From Desulfosudaceae bacterium (GTDB taxonomy: Bacteria; Desulfobacterota; Desulfobacteria; Desulfobacterales; Desulfosudaceae), in assembly GCA_963674745.2 (NCBI GenBank), contig CAXXDV010000003.1, positions 1,600,001 through 1,664,000 on the forward strand: a DNA stretch of 64,000 nucleotides, given 5' to 3'. How positions within the stretch are numbered: position 1 is the first letter of the stretch; each line of letters begins with the position of its first letter. A program made the position numbers and the translations under genes. The notes beneath the pieces were generated by a model. The model was not told the origin of the DNA, searched no databases, and was given only the letters and a program-made list of their open reading frames with translations. Positions 58,136 through 64,000 of the stretch are shown one piece after another.

Positions 58136-61100
58136 GTGACCTCTTTCATGAAGCGTTTACGGCTTCCTTTTAAAAAAAGGCTGTTTCTTTATTTTTTTGC
58201 TGCCATCACCCTTACCCTGATCTGTGGGGGTGCGGTAAGTGATTTTTTCTGGATCAATAAAGGTATCCACGAGCGGTTGGACCATTTTGAGAATGTGGCT
58301 ATGGCTGCGGGGCAACTGATTGCGCCGGCAGTTGCAAATAGCGATTGGACGGCGGCAAAGGTCGTGCTACGGACCTTTCACAAGACCAATCCCCAGCTTA
58401 CCCACCTGGTGCTGGACGTGGAGGGAATGGTCGTGGCCCGGGCCCCGGATGGAAAGGCCCCGTCTGGCCTGATGAGCGGACTTGGCAAGCCCATATCCGG
58501 CAAACTGGAGCGCTCGGACATCGACTGGCACTGCAAAAACCAACACAGTATCTACTTAAGGACACAGGTAGCTGAAAATCGACATGCCGTGCTTCATGTG
58601 TCCCTGTCCCTGGCACAACTGTTCAAGGAGCAGTTCCAGTTCCGGACCATATATGCTGTTTTCGCAGTACTTATCATGCTGGTGCTGCCGACGATTCTGT
58701 CCATGGCCTTTGCCAGAAAGCTTTCCCGTCCTGTCCGGCTGCTTCAGGAGGGTTCCGCCCGAATAGGCACCGGAGACCTGGAACACCGTATTGACGTCTC
58801 CACCGGCGATGAGCTGGAGGACCTGGCCAATGACCTGAACCGCATGGCCGAAAACCTGGCCCAGGCCCGGAGCGACCTGGAACAGAAAGTAGCGGATCGA
58901 ACACGGAAGCTGGAAGCCGAGGTGGCCGAACGCCGCCGGGCAGAGAACCGTTTCCGGGACCTTTTTGAGCTGTCCCCCGTAGGCATTATGGAACTGGACT
59001 GGACCGACACCGTGAGAAATACCGGGGAGGAAGCCGAGTCAACAGGCTGCCTCCTGACGGATTATCTTCAAAAGCATCCGGATAAGGTCAAACACATGGT
59101 GCAAAACGCCCGGCTCGTAAGCGCCAACCGGGCTGCACTTCAGCTTTTAGGTTTCGGAAGCCTGGAGGGCCTTCAAAAAGCATTCGGGCCATACGTATCC
59201 CATCACTTCATAGAGCAGATCCAGTCCGAGATGGCTGACTCGCTTTTACGAGTCAAATGCAACGAGCAACCGACCGACCTCTTTATGGAAAGGCCCATTA
59301 CCCGGCCGGACGGCGAGACCCGGGTTTTGGCTTTCAAGTGGGCGGATGTTCACAAAGACGCCGGTTATCATAACATCGTAACCGTCATCGATCTCACCGA
59401 ACGCAAACTGGCCGAGGAAGCCATCCGGAAAGCAAGGGACGCCGCCCAGAATGCCAACCAGGCCAAAAGCGAATTTCTGGCCAATATGAGCCATGAAATC
59501 CGTACCCCTTTAAACGCCATCGTCGGGATGACCCACCTGGCGCTTTCAACCGACCTGACCCCCAAACAGCAGGACTATCTTGAAAAAGTCCAATCAGCGG
59601 CCCGGAGCCTTCTGGGGATCATCAACGATATTCTGGATTTCTCCAAAATCGAGGCCGGCAAACTGGACCTTGAGGACATGCCCTTTCAGCTGGAAAGCGT
59701 CTTCGATGACCTGGCCAACCTGATCGCCTTAAAAGCCCATGACAAGGGGCTGGAGTTTCTGATCCACGTGGATCCCGATGTCCCCTACTCCCTCAAGGGT
59801 GACCCGCTTCGCCTGGGGCAGGTACTCATTAATCTGACCAACAATGCCATAAAATTTACACCCAGCGGCGAAATTGTCCTGAAAGTGCGTGCCAAAGAAA
59901 AAACGGAGGAACGCACCACCCTTGAATTTTCAGTGCGGGACACGGGCATCGGCATGAACCCGGCTCAGGTGGAAGGCCTTTTCCGGGCCTTTACCCAGGC
60001 CGACACTTCCACCACCCGGAAATTCGGCGGCACCGGGCTGGGGCTGGTCATATGCAAACGCCTGGTGACCATGATGGACGGCGACATCAGCGTGGAAAGC
60101 GAAGTCGGACGGGGATCGCTTTTCACCTTCACGGCCGTATTCGAAAGACAACGGATCGAAAAGAGGAAACCGGATCGTTTCGTTCCTACCCCGGATCTGA
60201 GAGGCATGCGCGTTCTGGTGGTTGATGACAATGCTTCGGCCCTGGAAATTCTGGACTCCATGCTTTCCTCGTTCACCTTTGAAGTAACCCTGGCCGCCTC
60301 GGGCGCCCTGTGCCTGGAGATCCTGTTTGATAAGGAAACGGGAAAGCCTTTTGACCTGATCATCATGGACTGGAAAATGCCGGAAATCGACGGTCTGGAA
60401 ACGGCTGAAAAAATCATCGCCGGATATCGCAAAAAAGATGAAAAGCGGCCAAAAATCATCATGCTTACGGCCTACGGCAACGAAGATGTCATGCGCCGGG
60501 CCGAGGAGATCGGTATTGACCGCTTTCTTTCCAAGCCCGTGAGCCGCAGTATTTTTTTTGACACCATCATGCAGGCCTTTGGAAAAGACGTTCCCGAATC
60601 AACCCGGCGAAAAGGACTGGGGGAAATGGAAAAAGCCACTCTGGCCTACCTGGCCGGGGCAAGGGTCCTGGTGGCTGAAGACAACCCCATCAACCAGCAG
60701 GTAGCCCGGGAAATCCTGGAAAACGCCGGTATGACCGTAAAAGTTGCGGACAACGGACTGGAAGCCGTGCACATGGCCGTGGCCGGAAATTTCGATGCCG
60801 TACTCATGGACGTGCAGATGCCGGTCATGGACGGATACCGCGCGACCGGCGAAATCCGGCAGAACGAAATCACCTCACGGCTGCCCGTCATTGCCATGAC
60901 CGCCCATGCCATGGCCGGTGACCGACAGAAAAGTCTGGATTCAGGCATGAACGATCATGTCACCAAACCCGTTAATCCCCATGAGCTTCTTACAACCCTG
61001 GCCCGATGGATCGAACCCCTGTACCGGAAAAAAGCCGCTGCCGCTTCGCGGCCGACCCGGGCTCCTTTGCCCGAAAGCCTTCCGGGCTTTGACATGGACG

Positions 61101-61690
61101 CGGGACTCGATCGCCTTTCCGGCAACTCCAGGTCCTACGCCAACCTGTTAAAACGATTTGCCGATGACTACCGGGATGCGGCCAAAGAACTGGCCCGCCT
61201 TCTGGACTCGGGTGATATGGAAGCGCTGCGTCACCAGGTCCACAGCATCAAAGGGGTGGCCGGAAACCTCGGCGCGGCAGAAGTGGAAAGCGCGGCCCGG
61301 GATATGGAACAGGCCATCGTACAGGGAGAAAAAGATCTTGCCGACCGGCTCGGGAAATTGGCCTCGGCCCTTGCCCCCCCGCTGGAGGTTCTGGCCCGGT
61401 TTTTCGTTGAACAGGCACAACCTTTAGGCGGTGTTTTTTCCGGCGAAAAGGCGCCGCCTTTACCCGAAGGCGCGCTCGACCGCCTGGCGGAGCTGTTAAG
61501 CATCAACGACACCGGCACGGAAGAGGCTTTTGAAGAAATCCGGGACACCCTTTTTGCGGTGGTACCCGATATCACCGGGGAGTTGGAGAAAAAAATCCAG
61601 AACTTCGATTTTAAAGGCGCCCTGGGCTCACTGAAAAACCTTATAGATCGCCTTGAAGAAGGCCCCAAGCCCGGGTCAAATCAGGATTAA
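58136..61690 (+). CDS. Hybrid histidine kinase (HAMP, PAS-like, HisKA, HATPase, 2xREC, Hpt)
   Basis: [15 protein letters not shown], two receiver domains and [12 protein letters not shown]. Confidence 0.96.
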   Translation: MTSFMKRLRLPFKKRLFLYFFAAITLTLICGGAVSDFFWINKGIHERLDHFENVAMAAGQLIAPAVANSDWTAAKVVLRTFHKTNPQLTHLVLDVEGMVVARAPDGKAPSGLMSGLGKPISGKLERSDIDWHCKNQHSIYLRTQVAENRHAVLHVSLSLAQLFKEQFQFRTIYAVFAVLIMLVLPTILSMAFARKLSRPVRLLQEGSARIGTGDLEHRIDVSTGDELEDLANDLNRMAENLAQARSDLEQKVADRTRKLEAEVAERRRAENRFRDLFELSPVGIMELDWTDTVRNTGEEAESTGCLLTDYLQKHPDKVKHMVQNARLVSANRAALQLLGFGSLEGLQKAFGPYVSHHFIEQIQSEMADSLLRVKCNEQPTDLFMERPITRPDGETRVLAFKWADVHKDAGYHNIVTVIDLTERKLAEEAIRKARDAAQNANQAKSEFLANMSHEIRTPLNAIVGMTHLALSTDLTPKQQDYLEKVQSAARSLLGIINDILDFSKIEAGKLDLEDMPFQLESVFDDLANLIALKAHDKGLEFLIHVDPDVPYSLKGDPLRLGQVLINLTNNAIKFTPSGEIVLKVRAKEKTEERTTLEFSVRDTGIGMNPAQVEGLFRAFTQADTSTTRKFGGTGLGLVICKRLVTMMDGDISVESEVGRGSLFTFTAVFERQRIEKRKPDRFVPTPDLRGMRVLVVDDNASALEILDSMLSSFTFEVTLAASGALCLEILFDKETGKPFDLIIMDWKMPEIDGLETAEKIIAGYRKKDEKRPKIIMLTAYGNEDVMRRAEEIGIDRFLSKPVSRSIFFDTIMQAFGKDVPESTRRKGLGEMEKATLAYLAGARVLVAEDNPINQQVAREILENAGMTVKVADNGLEAVHMAVAGNFDAVLMDVQMPVMDGYRATGEIRQNEITSRLPVIAMTAHAMAGDRQKSLDSGMNDHVTKPVNPHELLTTLARWIEPLYRKKAAAASRPTRAPLPESLPGFDMDAGLDRLSGNSRSYANLLKRFADDYRDAAKELARLLDSGDMEALRHQVHSIKGVAGNLGAAEVESAARDMEQAIVQGEKDLADRLGKLASALAPPLEVLARFFVEQAQPLGGVFSGEKAPPLPEGALDRLAELLSINDTGTEEAFEEIRDTLFAVVPDITGELEKKIQNFDFKGALGSLKNLIDRLEEGPKPGSNQD

Positions 61691-61692
61691 CC

Positions 61693-62793
61693 ATGAAGGA
61701 CGGAAAACGTAGAATTCTCATCGTGGACGACATGCCGTCCAACATAAAAATATTGAATGATATCCTCCGCGAGGATTACGCCGTCAGTGTCGCCACCACC
61801 GGGGCCGAGGCCCTCGAGGTCGTCCGGGGTTCGGCCCGTCCGGACCTGATTCTGCTGGACATCATGATGCCCGAAATGGACGGATACGAGGTCTGCCGCC
61901 GCCTCAAGGCAGATCCGGATACCCATGCCATTCCCATTCTGTTTGTAACGGCCATGGGAGACGTGGAGGATGAAACCCGGGGACTGGAACTGGGCGGCGT
62001 GGACTATATCACCAAGCCGGTTTCTCCGCCGATTGTCCGTGCCCGGGTCAACAACCACATCCGTCTCAAGCTCCATCAGGACCACCTGGAAGAACTGGTC
62101 TGGTCCCGCACCCGGGAACTGGCGGTCACCCAGGACGCCACCATCAGAAGCCTGGCCTCACTGGCGGAAACCCGGGACAATGAGACCGGCGGACACATCC
62201 TGCGCACCCAGCGCTATGTTCGGGCTCTGGCCGATCATCTTCGTTACCGGGGACAATTTCTTGACCGCCTGGACGACCGCTACATAGATCTCCTGTTTAA
62301 ATCCGCCCCCCTCCACGACGTAGGCAAGGTGGGTGTACCCGACGCTATCCTGCTGAAACCCGGCAAGCTCACCGATGAAGAATTCACGACCATGAAAAAA
62401 CACACCACACTGGGCAGGGATGCCATCCGGCGCGCGGAAGACCGGCTGGAAGGAGACACCGGGGCTTCCTTTTTACGCCTGGCACGGGAGATCGCTTACA
62501 CCCACCACGAGAAATGGGATGGGTCCGGATACCCTGAAGGGCTGGCCGGACAAAAAATTCCGGTGTCGGGCCGGCTCATGGCCGTGGCCGATGTTTATGA
62601 CGCACTGGTAACCCGACGCATTTACAAGCCGGCTTTTCCCCATAAACAGGCCGTGGAAATCATCCGGGACGGCCTTGGCAGGCATTTCGACCCGGACATG
62701 TGCCTGGCGTTTCTGGAAATTGAGGAAACCTTCAGAGACATCGCCATGGAATTCATTGACTGTGAAGAAGACCGCGTTGCCCTTGTTTCATAA
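61693..62793 (+). CDS. REC-HD-GYP response regulator (RpfG-like)
   Basis: Receiver domain, then RDNETGGH, HDVGK and HHEKWDGSGYP. Confidence 0.95.
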   Translation: MKDGKRRILIVDDMPSNIKILNDILREDYAVSVATTGAEALEVVRGSARPDLILLDIMMPEMDGYEVCRRLKADPDTHAIPILFVTAMGDVEDETRGLELGGVDYITKPVSPPIVRARVNNHIRLKLHQDHLEELVWSRTRELAVTQDATIRSLASLAETRDNETGGHILRTQRYVRALADHLRYRGQFLDRLDDRYIDLLFKSAPLHDVGKVGVPDAILLKPGKLTDEEFTTMKKHTTLGRDAIRRAEDRLEGDTGASFLRLAREIAYTHHEKWDGSGYPEGLAGQKIPVSGRLMAVADVYDALVTRRIYKPAFPHKQAVEIIRDGLGRHFDPDMCLAFLEIEETFRDIAMEFIDCEEDRVALVS

Positions 62794-62883
62794 GAAGACG
62801 GTGTTAACCGACCTGAAAGGGTCATGGCGCTAAAAAAGTTCGCCTGTTCCCTACCGCTTTATTCCGGACAATCGTGAGCCGGG

Positions 62884-63603
62884 CTATTCATTCCAGACAA
62901 TAACGCTTTTTTCATAATCAATGGTGAATTTGAACCGCCGAAGAAAGTCCAGGCCCAGCAAACCGTCGAACGGCGATTCATCCCCTGAGTAAGTCAAAAC
63001 GGTAATCCTGGGTTCCAGGACAGTTTTTGATCCGACCGTAAGAAACTTGATGGGAAGGTGACGGGCCTTGACTTTGGCCCCGCCGGCGACAATCAGTTTC
63101 CCCCGCCGGCCGCCGCTGATACCCAGGCGCTCCGCAATATCGTCATGAATGATGGTCATATTCGCGCCGGTGTCCAGAAGCAGGTTAGCCACTACGGTCT
63201 TATTGCGATAGCCAAGGGACACGGGAACCAGGATCTGGTTGTTTCCGGTGATGTCAACTGGCGTTGTATTCTCTTCAAATTCTTTCTTTTCTCTGGCTTT
63301 TTCTTTTTCCAGCTGCCGGAGGTGCAGCTTTTGAATGTATTTTTCCCATTCCTGGTTTTTCTGTTTTTCGATTTCCTCCAGCCTGGCCGCTTCAGCCTCT
63401 ATCATGCGTTGTCGTTCTTCTTCCGAAAGATCATCGTAACGTTCTTTATGGATTTTTACATCATCTACCTGCGATGGGGGAATGGCGCCCTGTTTGTTCG
63501 TAAAGGTTTTCACCCCGTTTTCATCGACATATTCATAGAACTCGCTTCCGGCGGAAAGGGGAAAAAGAACAAGGCATAAAACGCAAATTAGAAAATTCTT
63601 CAT
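62884..63603 (-). CDS. DUF4124 plus retropepsin-like aspartyl protease
   Basis: YVDENGVKTFTN; LLDTGA; DGLLGLDFL. Confidence 0.9.
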   Translation of the reverse strand: MKNFLICVLCLVLFPLSAGSEFYEYVDENGVKTFTNKQGAIPPSQVDDVKIHKERYDDLSEEERQRMIEAEAARLEEIEKQKNQEWEKYIQKLHLRQLEKEKAREKKEFEENTTPVDITGNNQILVPVSLGYRNKTVVANLLLDTGANMTIIHDDIAERLGISGGRRGKLIVAGGAKVKARHLPIKFLTVGSKTVLEPRITVLTYSGDESPFDGLLGLDFLRRFKFTIDYEKSVIVWNE

Positions 63604-63700
63604 GGCGGATAGATCACCGGCAAAAAAATTAAGGTCCTGGCGCAGGACTGAAAACGTAAGATTATTATTAATTATGGCTCTCCTCCAATTTAGTGGGCAC

Positions 63701-63890
63701 AGGGTTCAAGGATTCAAGGGGTCGAGGGTTCAAGTGTTTGTTGTTGATAAATCTTTTTTTTAAAAGGATTGAATCGCCAATGAAAAACGTTCTGGTTTCA
63801 ACTTGTCAACCAGACACTGAAAAACTCGTCAAGCACCTGTTTATAAAAGCGGTTCTTCACCCCTCGACCCCTTGAAACCCTTGACGCCTT
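63701..63890. repeat. Non-coding element with inverted arrays of 8-nt repeats
   Basis: Left arm AGGGTTCA-AGGATTCA-AGGGGTCG-AGGGTTCA; right arm CCCTCGACCCCTTGAA is an exact 16-bp inverted match. Confidence 0.75.
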
Positions 63891-64000
63891 CTAAAAAACC
63901 AAAGGATTAACTGAACATTATACAATTTGTATACTATCACTAATCGGGAGATGAACCTTAAATATAATATATAATAACGGCCAGACGGTCCGGCGTCAAG

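Overview
A ~50% GC bacterial window whose gene content fits an anaerobic Desulfobacterota (Desulfobacterales-like) genome: tungsten AOR, DUF169, DUF2284, Mo-bisPGD oxidoreductase, many hybrid kinases, HD-GYP/GGDEF proteins, an MCP and sigma54 promoters. This taxonomy is inferred from gene content only. No rRNA, tRNA or CRISPR array was seen. The left ~31 kb is a patchwork of functionally unrelated, mostly single genes separated by recurring non-coding modules: a GGGG(T/C)CGGACC motif, a GGGGACAGTATA motif, and a portable TTGACACACAAGG...TTCTTATCC promoter/end module. The pattern suggests a cassette-like gene accretion region built from one family of non-autonomous elements. An IS110/IS1111-type element sits inside one GGGGACAGTATA site. 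Its downstream non-coding region contains four guide-like segments matching both its target site and its own circle junction, so it is a readable candidate bridge RNA, and an empty perfect target lies 1.7 kb away. Other oddities: a 403-bp duplicated AOR 3' end flanking a two-gene insert, a repeat protein split at an A_AAA_AAG heptamer, a MopE-repeat/FGE-fold protein resembling a DGR target, a scrambled hydrolase pseudogene, and an octamer-repeat inverted element. All protein calls come from motif recognition by eye, not database searches.
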